Shown in pieces: positions 1 through 9,345 of a stretch of 64,000 nt of DNA. A model generated the notes under the pieces. That model saw only the letters and a program-made list of their open reading frames with translations. It made no database searches and was not told the DNA's origin. Source of the DNA: Polyangia bacterium. GTDB taxonomy: Bacteria > Myxococcota_A > Polyangia > Palsa-1104. Both the position numbers and the translations under genes were made by a program. The stretch lies in NCBI GenBank assembly GCA_039923495.1, contig JBDTCO010000064.1:2-64001 (forward strand), read 5' to 3'. Positions within the stretch are counted from its first letter, which is position 1, and every line of letters begins with the position of its first letter.

Positions 1-343
1 GTCCCGGCTCGGACTCGACTACGCGCACGCCAACACGCTCGAGATCGCGGGCGGCAAGCTCACCGGTCGCGTGCTCGGTACGATCGTGAACGCGGCACGA
101 AAGGCCGAGCTGCTCGAAGAGATCGCGCGCGCCGAGGGGCTCGTGCTCGATCAGGTCGTCGCGGTCGGCGACGGTGCCAACGACCTCCTCATGCTCGAGC
201 GCGCCGGCCTCGGCATCGCGTTCCGCGCCAAGAAGAAGCTGCGCGAGGCCGCGTCCGCGTCCATCACGCGCGGTGGGCTCGACGCCATCCTCTCGTTGCT
301 CGGCCTGTCCGCGCGCGATCTGCGCGAGCTCACGCGGGTTTGA
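1..343 (+). CDS. serB: Phosphoserine phosphatase SerB, C-terminal part (5' end outside window)
   Basis: Reading frame is open from base 2. Translation ...GKLTGRVLGTIVNAARKAELL...VAVGDGANDLLMLERAGLGIAFRAKKKLREAA is the HAD-family SerB C-terminus with the DGANDL motif. Confidence 0.8.
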   Translation, partial: SRLGLDYAHANTLEIAGGKLTGRVLGTIVNAARKAELLEEIARAEGLVLDQVVAVGDGANDLLMLERAGLGIAFRAKKKLREAASASITRGGLDAILSLLGLSARDLRELTRV

Positions 344-372
344 CCCATCCCGAGATGGCGGTCTACGATGAG

Positions 373-1206
373 CGCATGCGAATGCCGACCAGGTGGATTC
401 CCTGCTCGGCGCTCGCGTTGTTGCTGTGGGGCTGCAACGTGCCGGTGTTCGTGGACGAGAACCGTCCGCTCGAGGCGCTGCAGCCCGCCGGCACGATGCC
501 CGGCGACGACGTCATGTACAGCGACACGGATCTGTTCGTGGTGCCGATCCGCAAGCCGACCGCGAAGGAAGCGGCCAAGCTCGTCGAGCAGCAGACGAAG
601 CTCGGGCTGCCGATGCCGGTGCCGTGGGTCGGCGAGCGCGACCTCGACCTCGAGATCCTGTGGACGATGAAGAACCTCGAGACCACGCCCATCGGTGCGA
701 ACGTGGTCGTCGATGGCGGCAACGAGTTCGGCGACTACGACAAGGCGCTCTACGGCGATCCGACCGCTGCCGCCGCGGATCAGCCGGTCCTGCCCGACGT
801 GATGGGCTCGCTGCAGCTCGTCAACATCGAGGCGGGCGGAACCCGCTCGGGGATCTTCCGCGAGGATCAGCTGCGCGAAGCGGGGCTCGATCTCGAGGTC
901 ATCACGCGGTACCCACCGGCCGGTGGCGGCACGAACACGCCGTTCATCGTGCTCGAGCGCAACTCGACCGCGTCCACGGTGGGCCTCGACGGCATCCCGA
1001 AGGGTGACGTCACGCCTGCGATGGTGCGCATCCGCATCTTCTTCCGCGCGACAGGCCATGCGGTCCTCGACTACTCGGTGCGCGTGCGCGAAAAGGGCAC
1101 GCCCGGCGACAAGCTGGCGCAGAAGGACGCCACCGATCTCTACGTGTCCACCGACTCCACCTTGGCGCCGCCCGTGACCCCGATGCCCGTGGATAGCGGC
1201 ACGTGA
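373..1206 (+). CDS. Hypothetical lipoprotein
   Basis: ORF 340..1206. MRMPTRWIPCSALALLLWGC carries a lipobox (LWGC). Start 373 or 379 is uncertain. No family recognised. Confidence 0.55.
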   Translation, partial: RMRMPTRWIPCSALALLLWGCNVPVFVDENRPLEALQPAGTMPGDDVMYSDTDLFVVPIRKPTAKEAAKLVEQQTKLGLPMPVPWVGERDLDLEILWTMKNLETTPIGANVVVDGGNEFGDYDKALYGDPTAAAADQPVLPDVMGSLQLVNIEAGGTRSGIFREDQLREAGLDLEVITRYPPAGGGTNTPFIVLERNSTASTVGLDGIPKGDVTPAMVRIRIFFRATGHAVLDYSVRVREKGTPGDKLAQKDATDLYVSTDSTLAPPVTPMPVDSGT

Positions 1207-1820
1207 CGCGCGTCCTCGTCGCAGCCGGCCTGCTGGTTTTTTCCGTCGCTGGCGTCACGGGCCTGGCAAGCGTCGCGCACGCGCAGGTCATCTCGGAGCA
1301 GGCGCCGCCGGTGTTTCCGGACCCCAAGCATTTCGCGCGCGGCTTCTATGCGCAGGGTGAGCTCGGCGCGCTCGTGTACGTCGGCCGCGCCGGCAAGTTT
1401 GCGGGACCCGGTCCTGCGTTCTCGGTGCGGCTCGGTTACGACATCCTACGCTGGCTCTCGATCCAGGCGCACGTGCTCGGCTCGAGTGGACAGGTCAACA
1501 TCCCGGGTCCCACCGATGGGCAGTCGTTCCAGACGCTCGTGTACGGCGGCGAGCTGCATGGGCAGGTGCAGATCCGTCGCGTCGGTCTCTACGCCGAGGC
1601 GGGTGCTGCTGCCGCACACATCCCGTCGAACGTGCTCGACGATGCCGGCATCACCGGTGGCCACAAGATCAGCCTCGCCGTGGTCGCGGGCGGTGGCCTC
1701 GACTTCCACACGCTCAACCGTCACTTCTCGTTCGGCGTCGGCGCGGATTACCTGTGGCTCGCCAGCTTCAGCAAGTCGAGCGCGGTGACCGCGCAGGCCT
1801 TCCTCAAGTACACGCGGTAA
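1203..1820 (+). CDS. Outer-membrane beta-barrel-like protein (secreted)
   Basis: 4-nt overlap with the upstream lipoprotein gene. Signal peptide ...ASVAHA|Q. Alternating Gly/aromatic beta-strand pattern. Confidence 0.55.
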   Translation: MTRVLVAAGLLVFSVAGVTGLASVAHAQVISEQAPPVFPDPKHFARGFYAQGELGALVYVGRAGKFAGPGPAFSVRLGYDILRWLSIQAHVLGSSGQVNIPGPTDGQSFQTLVYGGELHGQVQIRRVGLYAEAGAAAAHIPSNVLDDAGITGGHKISLAVVAGGGLDFHTLNRHFSFGVGADYLWLASFSKSSAVTAQAFLKYTR

Positions 1821-1823
1821 GAG

Positions 1824-3665
1824 CTACGCCCGGCGGCGGCGCAGGACGGGCGCGAGCGACGGTGTGAGCTCGATGGGCCCGAGGTCGACCTCGACGCGAT
1901 CCTTGCCGAGCGCCTTGGCGCGGTAGAGCGCGAGGTCGGCGCGGCCGAGCACGTTCGACGCGAGCTGCCCGGAGTCGGAGCTGGTGTCGCTGAACGCGGC
2001 GACCCCGATGGACACGCTGACGTGGCCGATGTCGACGAACACGTGGCTCGAGACCGCGTCGCGGATGCGCTCGGCGACGACGTGCGCGTCGGTGAGCGGC
2101 GTGCGCGGCAGGATGAAGACGAGCTCCTCGCCGCCGTAGCGCGCGGCGAGATCGACGTTGCGGAGCTGCGCTTGCGCGAGGCGTGCGACCTCGCGGAGTG
2201 CGCGGTCACCGGCGAGGTGGCCTCGGCTATCGTTGAGCTTCTTGAAGTTGTCGATGTCGAGGAGCAGCACGCAGAAGCCCGTCTCGAAGCGGCGCGCGCG
2301 CTCGATCTCCTCGCCGAGGCGGGAGTCGAAGTAGCGACGGCAGTAGAGGCCGGTGAGCCCGTCGAAGTTGGCGAGCGCGTGCAGGCGCGCGTTCTCGAGC
2401 GCGCTCGTGGCCTGACCCGCGACCGCCTCGATGAGGCGCGCCTCGTTGGCGCCGAAGGGGGCATCGTGGCGGCTCTCGATGACGAGGACGCCGAGTGACT
2501 CGCCGTAGCGACGCAGCGGCGCGACGAGGCGCGACTGCGTTGCCCCCGGGGCTGCGTCGAGGTGCTCGTCGACGTGCAGCACCGCGGCGTCGTCCCACTC
2601 GCAGCGTGGCACGGACGTGCATCGCACGCGCTGACGGCCACGTTCGAGCGCGTGACGCTCGACCTGCGGATAGCCCTCGACGGTGGCGGGAGCGGTGAGT
2701 CGCAGCTCGATGGTGCAGGCAAAAGGCAGCGCGCGGTGCGTCTCGCGAAGCAGCGCCGAGACGATACCTGGCACCTCGAGCTCGGCCGCCATGGACTGCG
2801 CGGTGCGCGACAGCGTGGCGAGCTCGCGGACGCGACCGCGCAGCGCAGCCGTGATGCGCGCGATGCGATAGAAGCCGAAGTTGACGAAGAGGTAGGTGAC
2901 GCCGAGGAGGACGAAGGCGGCAGGGTGGTGCTCGTCCCAGATGTGGACGATGACGGCGCCGATCGGCAGCAGCGTGGCCTCGGCGGCGAGCGCGACGAGG
3001 ACGCGACGGCACGTGGGGCGCAGCGGCTGACCGCGGAGCAACGAGTGCGCGAGCTGCACGATAGCGTGCGCGCCGAGGAAGGAGAGCCCGAACGCGGCGA
3101 CCATGCCCATGCGCTCGTCGGCGTTGCGGAGGTGTGCCCCGAACACCGCCGCGCAGCCGATGAGCAGGCCCCCTGCGACACCACCGGTGTACAGCGCGCG
3201 ACGTGCGATACCGACAGGGCTCAGCTTCTCGACGACGCCCTCGTGAGAGCGAGCGCGCGCGCCGGCGATGCCGCGCACGACCGTGTCGACGGTCATGCTG
3301 ATGGCGAGCCCGGCGGCCACGAGCGGCGCTCCGACGGAGAGCGTACCGGCGACGAGAATTGCGCCGTCGAGCGAGAGTGCCGTTGACGGCGGCAGGCGGG
3401 GGACGAGGCCCGACAGCGGGAACGCGAGCAGGCGCGCGCCGATGCTGACCGCGAGGAAGAGCGCCGCGCCGACGAGCCCTCCGAGCAGCGTGGGTGTCTC
3501 GAGAGAGCCGAGCGTCACCGTCGGTGGCGCGAGCACTCCGCTCAGTCCGAGCACGATCGCCGTCCAGCCGAGGAAGGCCAAAGCCGTCTCGACGCCCACC
3601 CGCACCATGTCCCGCTTGGCTCTCATCACCGTACGCAGACCCGAGGCTTCGTCGCCGAACCGCAC
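1824..3665 (-). CDS. Membrane-anchored GAF-GGDEF diguanylate cyclase
   Basis: N-terminal multi-TM region; a GAF-like middle region; C-terminal GGDEF domain (RYGGEEL, DIDNFKKLND). Start may instead be at MRAKRDM (3626). Confidence 0.85.
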   Translation of the reverse strand: MRFGDEASGLRTVMRAKRDMVRVGVETALAFLGWTAIVLGLSGVLAPPTVTLGSLETPTLLGGLVGAALFLAVSIGARLLAFPLSGLVPRLPPSTALSLDGAILVAGTLSVGAPLVAAGLAISMTVDTVVRGIAGARARSHEGVVEKLSPVGIARRALYTGGVAGGLLIGCAAVFGAHLRNADERMGMVAAFGLSFLGAHAIVQLAHSLLRGQPLRPTCRRVLVALAAEATLLPIGAVIVHIWDEHHPAAFVLLGVTYLFVNFGFYRIARITAALRGRVRELATLSRTAQSMAAELEVPGIVSALLRETHRALPFACTIELRLTAPATVEGYPQVERHALERGRQRVRCTSVPRCEWDDAAVLHVDEHLDAAPGATQSRLVAPLRRYGESLGVLVIESRHDAPFGANEARLIEAVAGQATSALENARLHALANFDGLTGLYCRRYFDSRLGEEIERARRFETGFCVLLLDIDNFKKLNDSRGHLAGDRALREVARLAQAQLRNVDLAARYGGEELVFILPRTPLTDAHVVAERIRDAVSSHVFVDIGHVSVSIGVAAFSDTSSDSGQLASNVLGRADLALYRAKALGKDRVEVDLGPIELTPSLAPVLRRRRA

Positions 3666-3897
3666 GACGGATCCGCGGAAAACGTGATGAACCTAGCGCC
3701 ATTGCTGCGATGCGTCAAGGGGCCGTGCGTCGCGTAAGTGCGGGGCGAAGTGACGGCCACACGCATGTCGGCGAGGGTGAAGGGGCTCAAAGGAAATTCG
3801 GGAGTGAAGAGTCTGCAGCCGGGAAGCCTGCGCGGCCCGGAGCGGTACGGAGCGGCTCTGCGCGGCCGGACGGCCGCCCGGCCTCTCTGCGATCGAG

Positions 3898-3939
3898 GAC
3901 GAATCCTAGTAGACGAATCCTAGTAGACGAATCCTAGTA
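3898..3939. repeat. Perfect tandem direct repeat, 3 x 14 bp (gacgaatcctagta), followed by ATCGATAACGAT inverted motif
   Basis: Read directly from the sequence, ~230 bp upstream of the GGDEF start, inside an ~830-bp lower-GC non-coding region. Coordinates +/-2. Confidence 0.7.
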
Positions 3940-4492
3940 ATCGATAACGATTACACCGCGATCTTCAGCGGGCGGCTCGGGTGCGACGCTCGGGCGGTAC
4001 ATCGGCATATCGAAGGGAATCTCGAGCACGGGGCGGCCGCGCTCGATGCTCTCACGCTCGGCTTCTTCGCGCCTTCGAATCTCTTCGATGATCCATGGGT
4101 CGAGCATGGGCCCTCATTTCCCTGAGCACCTGCATTGGTGCTCTCTCCTCTATTGGTGCAACCGATGCGCCATGGAGTCAAGCTCGTGACCGTCGGATCA
4201 CGAGCGAAAACCGCGAGTCATCCCGGTAGCCTAGAGGCGCTCGGTTGGACCCACATGGACCCACGAGGTCAGATGGCATGGGGCAACCGAGACACGCTGT
4301 GTCGTCGTCGAGTGGCGGATGTGACCTGGGGGAGGCGAGCACGACGCGAAAGGATTCATGATCCCGAAGGCTTGTCCCGAACTTCCGGGTCGTGCGGCGC
4401 TGGGGTCATAAATCGTCAGCAGGTCTGACTTCTTTGCGATGCGCGCCACGCGAGATCGTCCGGCTGACATCCTCCGGGGAGGGACGTAGATC

Positions 4493-5119
4493 TCAGGGGA
4501 GCTCGCTCACCAGCCAGCCGCCCGGGTTCTCGACGAGGCCAACGAAGCGCCCGTCGCCGAGCAGCAGCCGGGCCGAGCCGCCGTTGACGTCCTGCTCGAT
4601 GATCGGAAGCGCGATCCCGTCGTGGACGGCGAGCCGCGCCTCGATGATCCGGCTCGACTCGGCGAGGGAGGCCGGGAACGGCACGATCGGGCTCGTCGAG
4701 AGCCGGAGCCGCGCACGCAGCAGGAGTGACGTGAGCGCCACCACCGCCTCGCGACGCTCCTCGTGGACCGCGCGCACGAATGCCCGCAGCGTGCGCTCGG
4801 GTGTGTCGTGGTGGTCGATGTCGAGCGGGTCTGTGGTGAGCGCGAGCGTCCCTGGCGTGGGGCCCGCCAGAGTCATTTCGTCGACCCGGAGCACGTAGCG
4901 CGCTCCGCCGGTGCGGGAGGGCGGTCCGCCCACGAGCGGACGACGTACGGCCGCTGCAGCGAACGTGGGGAGATCGTGCGTCGCGCGATAGCGTGCGCTC
5001 GTCAGCGCATACGCCGCCTCGATCCGACCCGCGCGCAGGTTTGCCTCGTACGTCGCGAGCACGCGCGCGGGCGTCGGCGCGCAGCCAGCGAGCAGTGCCG
5101 CGACCGCGACGGCGCGCAT
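4493..5119 (-). CDS. Hypothetical lipoprotein, immediately downstream of the MMPL exporter gene
   Basis: C-terminal 208 codons of track ORF 4493..6739; the upstream part of that ORF is Arg-rich antisense noise. MRAVAVAALLAGC lipobox. ATG lies 2 nt after the MMPL stop. Confidence 0.7.
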   Translation of the reverse strand: MRAVAVAALLAGCAPTPARVLATYEANLRAGRIEAAYALTSARYRATHDLPTFAAAAVRRPLVGGPPSRTGGARYVLRVDEMTLAGPTPGTLALTTDPLDIDHHDTPERTLRAFVRAVHEERREAVVALTSLLLRARLRLSTSPIVPFPASLAESSRIIEARLAVHDGIALPIIEQDVNGGSARLLLGDGRFVGLVENPGGWLVSELP

Positions 5120-5121
5120 CG

Positions 5122-7480
5122 CTACTTGTAGCAGTCGGGCTTGTCGCGGAAGACCATCCACAGCGCGGCCGGCAGCGCTGTGAAGTCGGCGATCATGGAG
5201 AGCACGAACGCCAGCGACGAGAGCAGCCCGAACTCCTGGATCGGCTTCAGCGTCGCGAGCGCGAAGGCCAGGAAGCCGCCGGCGTTGATGAGCGTCGCGA
5301 AGAAGATCGCGCGACCCGCGATGCGCAGCGTGTGCCGCAACGCCTGCTCGGTGGAGTGCGTCGTCCCGCCCGACTTCTGCCCCTCGAGGAAGTGATAGAA
5401 GAAGTGGATCTGATCGTTCTCGGACGTGCCGAGCACCGTCGAGGCGATGAGGATGGTGGCCACGTTCAGCGCGACGCCGCAGAGCCGCATGATCCCGAAC
5501 ATCACGAGGATCGCGAAGATCGACGGGATCATCGCCATGAGGCGCGCCGCGCCGTTGCGGAACAGGATGAGGAACGCGACGAAGATGACGCCGATGGTGA
5601 GCAGGAAGCTCTCCGTCAGCGTCGGGACGAGGCTGTAGGCAATCTTCGCCTGGAGTGGACCCTTGCCGACGATTCGCAGGTCGAAGTTGGCGAGCCCCGG
5701 GTTCGCCTTCTGCACGTCGGAGTAGATGTGTCGCAGCCGTGCCTCGAGGTGCTCGAACTGCTCGTGATCGCCGGTGGTGGTGATGATCGTGACGTGGGTG
5801 TTCGTCAGTGCCTCGTTGAAGAAGCGCCGCAGCATCGGCTCGGAGTTGAGCCGGGTCTCCACGATGGCGGCGGCGGCCTCGAGCCCGGCGTCGTCCGTGG
5901 GGAGCGTGTCGCTCCCGGTGGTGACGTAGCGCAGCGTCTGCAAGATCGCAGTGGGGCCGACGACCGATCCCACGCTGGGCTCGTGCTCGAGCGCGGTCTG
6001 CAGCGCGACGAGGCCGCGGAGCGTCGACGCATCGGTGACCGACGCGTTGTCGTTCTTCCCCACGAGCCACATCTCGCTGACCGCGAGACCCTTCACCTTC
6101 TTCTCGAGGAGGATGGTGTCGCGATACAGCGCGGACTTGTGGTTGAGGTTGTAGACCGCGGATGTCTCGAGCCGCATCGGCGACAGGACGTGCGGGATGC
6201 CGAACAGCGCCGCCGCGCCGAACGCCGACAAGACGAGGGAGCCCGGGACGAGCACCCAGCGGAAGCGATACGAGAAGACCGGCAGCACGTCGACGATCTT
6301 GTCGAACCACGGGAGCGACATCTTGCCGTCCTTCGACGTCGGCGCCCGCATGATCCGCTGCATGGAGGGGAACAGGGTGAACACCACGACCCACGTGAAC
6401 AGCAGCCCGACGGCGACCCACACGCCCATCGCGCGGATGGGGAGGATCTTCGAGATGACGAGCGCCGCGAAGCCGACCGCGGTGGCGAAGATGGACGCGG
6501 TGCAGGCAACAAACTTGTTCGAGAGCGCGAAGATCTGGTGCTCCTCGACGCTGACGCCGGCCGGTTTGTCGACGTAGCGAGAGTGCAGGTACACGAGCGT
6601 CGACGTGCAGGTTACGAGGATCGTCATCGGCACGAGGGCGGAGACGATGGACGTCACGCCGTGGGTGATGCCGATGAAGCCCTGCGTGAGCGCGACGGAG
6701 ACCCCGAGCGTGACGAGGAACGCGACGAGCGCGCGCCACGAGCGATACAGCGCCACGTTGAGGACGATGACGAACAGGAAGAAGAGCGGGAAGTAACGCA
6801 TCCCGGCTTCCTTCGTGTCCTGATCGAGGTATGCGGTGACGTAGGGCTCGCCGACCTTGCGAAGCGCGGTCAGCGGCGCGAGCGTCGCCTCGTAGGGGGC
6901 GAGCACGGCGTCGATCGCGTGGATGACCCTGTTGCGATCCTCCGGCGTCTTGACGTCGAGGACGAGTGGCATCGCGAGGAAGCCGTCGCCGATGAGCCCC
7001 TGCTTTCTGAACAGGTCGGTGCCGGTCGCGAACTTCTTGAACGCGGCCGCGCCCTCGTCGTTCGCCTGGAACTCCGGATGGCTGCGCACGTACACGGACA
7101 GCGCGGAGTTCAGCGAGACGGCGGGGATCTTCGAGATCTTGAGCTCGATTTCGCGGATGCGCGTGAGCGCCGCCGGTGCGAACGGATCGGGCGCTTCCGC
7201 GAGCAACACGACGTATTCACCGGCGCCGAAGACCTTCTCGAACGCACGCGACCCCTTCAGATCCGGGTCGCTGGCGACGATGAGGCGATCGAGGGCGTTG
7301 TTCTGCTTGACCGACACCGCGTAGAGCGCCGCCGGGATGCACAGGACCGCGTAGAACGCGACGATCCACCAGCGCTTCGCGATGATCGCACGGAAGATGC
7401 GGTGAAGGACGTCCTGCGTGTGCGCGCTGGCCCCCGGCACGCCTTCGGTCACACCGGTTGCGGTCGGCGTGGAGATGGGA
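5122..7480 (-). CDS. MMPL/RND-superfamily membrane exporter
   Basis: 837-aa ORF with 12 TM helices in two SSD-like bundles and two large periplasmic loops. True start uncertain, probably GTG near 7440-7500; it cannot be the ATG at 7635, which lies 9 bp from the divergent gene's start. Confidence 0.8.
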
Positions 7481-7525
7481 GGTTGCTTGTCGGACGGAAA
7501 GCTCAAGGGGGCCCGCGCTCGTTTC

Positions 7526-7558
7526 TGTACTGCGTGTGTACTGCGTGTGTACTGCGTC
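7526..7558. repeat. Perfect tandem direct repeat, 3 x 11 bp (tgtactgcgtg/c)
   Basis: Read directly in the divergent intergenic region between the MMPL gene and the GNAT gene. The 11-bp period equals one helical turn. Coordinates +/-2. Confidence 0.7.
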
Positions 7559-7643
7559 TGGTGGCCGAAGCAGCCGCATTTGAGCGGCAATGACCTGCGC
7601 GCGCAACCGGACCTGTCGCGGCACAGGTGATACATTCGATGCG

Positions 7644-9335
7644 ATGCGCGTCGAGATCGTCACCACCACCGAGCGACTCGAGGCGCTCGAGGGGCCGTGG
7701 AACGAGCTCGTGAAGGTCGCGGGCGCTTCCATGCTGTCGTCGCACTGGTTCCTTTCGCGGTGGTGGCGCGCTTTTGCGGGTGTGGACGAGCTCCGCGTGC
7801 TCACCGCACACCAGGGCGACGAGCTCGTGGCCGTGTGGCCGCTGCACCTTCGCGCGGCCCGTGGCGCGGCGTTCGGCGCACGCACGCTGTCGCCGCTCGG
7901 CGATCTTCGCGTCCAGGAGCACGCGCTCGTGTGTCGGCCGGGCGCGGAGACGCTCGTCGCCGCGGCGATGCTCTCGCGGCTCCTCGAGGCGAAGGACTGG
8001 GACGTCCTCGACGTACCGGAGGAGGCGGAGGCCGTAGTCGAGGGGCTCGCGCGCGTCGCGGATCAGGCGGGATTCTCCATTCAGCTCGAGACGAGGGGGT
8101 TCCGCGCAGTGGTCGATCTTCCGCCCCTCGCGACGCCCGCGTGGGACGAGCTCGTCCGCACGAAGCGGCCCACGCAGGAGGTGGCGGGCTCGGCCTACGC
8201 GCCCGCGCTCATCGACATCTTCTACGCCATCGACGAGCTGCACCGCCTGCTCAGGCGCGAGTGGACCGTGCGCGACCAGGCCAACCCCGTGCTCGATCCC
8301 GCGCTGCTCGTGTTCTTGAAGGAGGTGCTGCCCGAGCTCACGGCGCGCAAGCAGGGCCACGTGGGACTCGTCGCGCTGCCGGGCGTCGGAGCGATCGCCG
8401 CCGATGTGGTCGTCGCGGACGGCAACCGCCGCGTGCAGCTCCTTCGCGGCACCGATCCCGCGTATGCGCCAGCGGGCGCGAGCGAGCAGCTCGGCTGGGC
8501 ATCGCTCGCCGACGCTGCCAAGGCCGGCGCCACGGTCTTCGAGCTCGCGGATCCCGACTCGCCGCTGCGCACGCGCCAGGTCCCCGTCTCGCACCTGCAG
8601 ATCTGGAACGCGACCGCGGTCGGTCGACTGTCGCGCGGGGTCTCCGCGCTGCGGAAGAAGGGCCGCGCGCTCGCCACCACGCCGGGCCGCGGCACCATCG
8701 GTCGCGTGATCGACGCGCTCGCAGAGGTGCGCCCCGAATCGGCGCAGCGCCTCGCCGAGCGGCTCGGCTATAAGACGATGCACCTGTACCGCGGCGAGCT
8801 CTTCTCGCGCGGTGGGCAGGTCCCCGAGGGACTCACGCTGCAGATCCTCGATCTCGCCGGCTATCAGGCGCTCACCAACGAGGCACGCGACGCGCTCGTC
8901 GCTCGGCTCGAGCTGCCGGCCGGCTACACGTACGAGAAGTGGCGACGTGGCGATCTCGCGGTCGTCGCGCACATGGAGGGGCGTCCCGCGGGGATCGGCT
9001 GGTGCGCGCGCATGCCCGTGTTCGTCCCCGATATCGGACGCCCGGTGCGTCCGCTCGTCGGCGAGTGCTACATCCACGAGGTCTTCGTCCACCCCGACGA
9101 GCGCGGTCGGAAGATCGCGCCGAACATGCTCGAGCACCTCGCCCGCTGGCTGCGCACGCGCGACGTGTATCGCAGCTGGGCACTCATCGAGCGCACGAAC
9201 TCCTCGTCGGTGCGCGCCTTCGAGCGCGCCAACTACGTCGCGGTCGCCGACGTGGTCTATGTGCAGATGGGACTCGGTTCGCACCTGTTCGTCCGGCCGC
9301 CGGATCCCGAAGCGCGCGCGCTCCTCGGGCTGTAG
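7644..9335 (+). CDS. Two-domain acetyltransferase (FemAB/CelD-like Acetyltransf_6 N-domain plus GNAT C-domain)
   Basis: SHWFLSRWWRAF motif typical of BioF2/CelD-like N-acyltransferases. C-terminal HEVFVHPDERGRKIAPNMLEHL...SSVRAFERANY is a GNAT fold. Confidence 0.7.
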   Translation: MRVEIVTTTERLEALEGPWNELVKVAGASMLSSHWFLSRWWRAFAGVDELRVLTAHQGDELVAVWPLHLRAARGAAFGARTLSPLGDLRVQEHALVCRPGAETLVAAAMLSRLLEAKDWDVLDVPEEAEAVVEGLARVADQAGFSIQLETRGFRAVVDLPPLATPAWDELVRTKRPTQEVAGSAYAPALIDIFYAIDELHRLLRREWTVRDQANPVLDPALLVFLKEVLPELTARKQGHVGLVALPGVGAIAADVVVADGNRRVQLLRGTDPAYAPAGASEQLGWASLADAAKAGATVFELADPDSPLRTRQVPVSHLQIWNATAVGRLSRGVSALRKKGRALATTPGRGTIGRVIDALAEVRPESAQRLAERLGYKTMHLYRGELFSRGGQVPEGLTLQILDLAGYQALTNEARDALVARLELPAGYTYEKWRRGDLAVVAHMEGRPAGIGWCARMPVFVPDIGRPVRPLVGECYIHEVFVHPDERGRKIAPNMLEHLARWLRTRDVYRSWALIERTNSSSVRAFERANYVAVADVVYVQMGLGSHLFVRPPDPEARALLGL

Positions 9336-9345
9336 ACCCCTCGCG

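Noticed and set aside
2227-3702. 491-aa Arg-rich ORF and other overlapping ORFs on both strands in 1748-3700
   Set aside because: They overlap the GGDEF gene in alternative frames and show extreme Arg/Ala/Ser bias with no motifs.
4135-4428. 97-aa + strand ORF in the long intergenic region
   Set aside because: Poor GC3 bias, no start context, and the translation looks random. It is kept only as part of the non-coding-region finding.
4493-6739. 748-aa - strand ORF as a single gene
   Set aside because: Only the last 208 codons form a coherent lipoprotein. The upstream part is Arg-rich out-of-frame overlap with the MMPL gene.
4993-7593. 866-aa + strand ORF rich in Arg/Glu/Asp
   Set aside because: It is antisense to the well-supported MMPL transporter. 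Composition is typical of a GC-rich antisense frame, and there is no domain logic.
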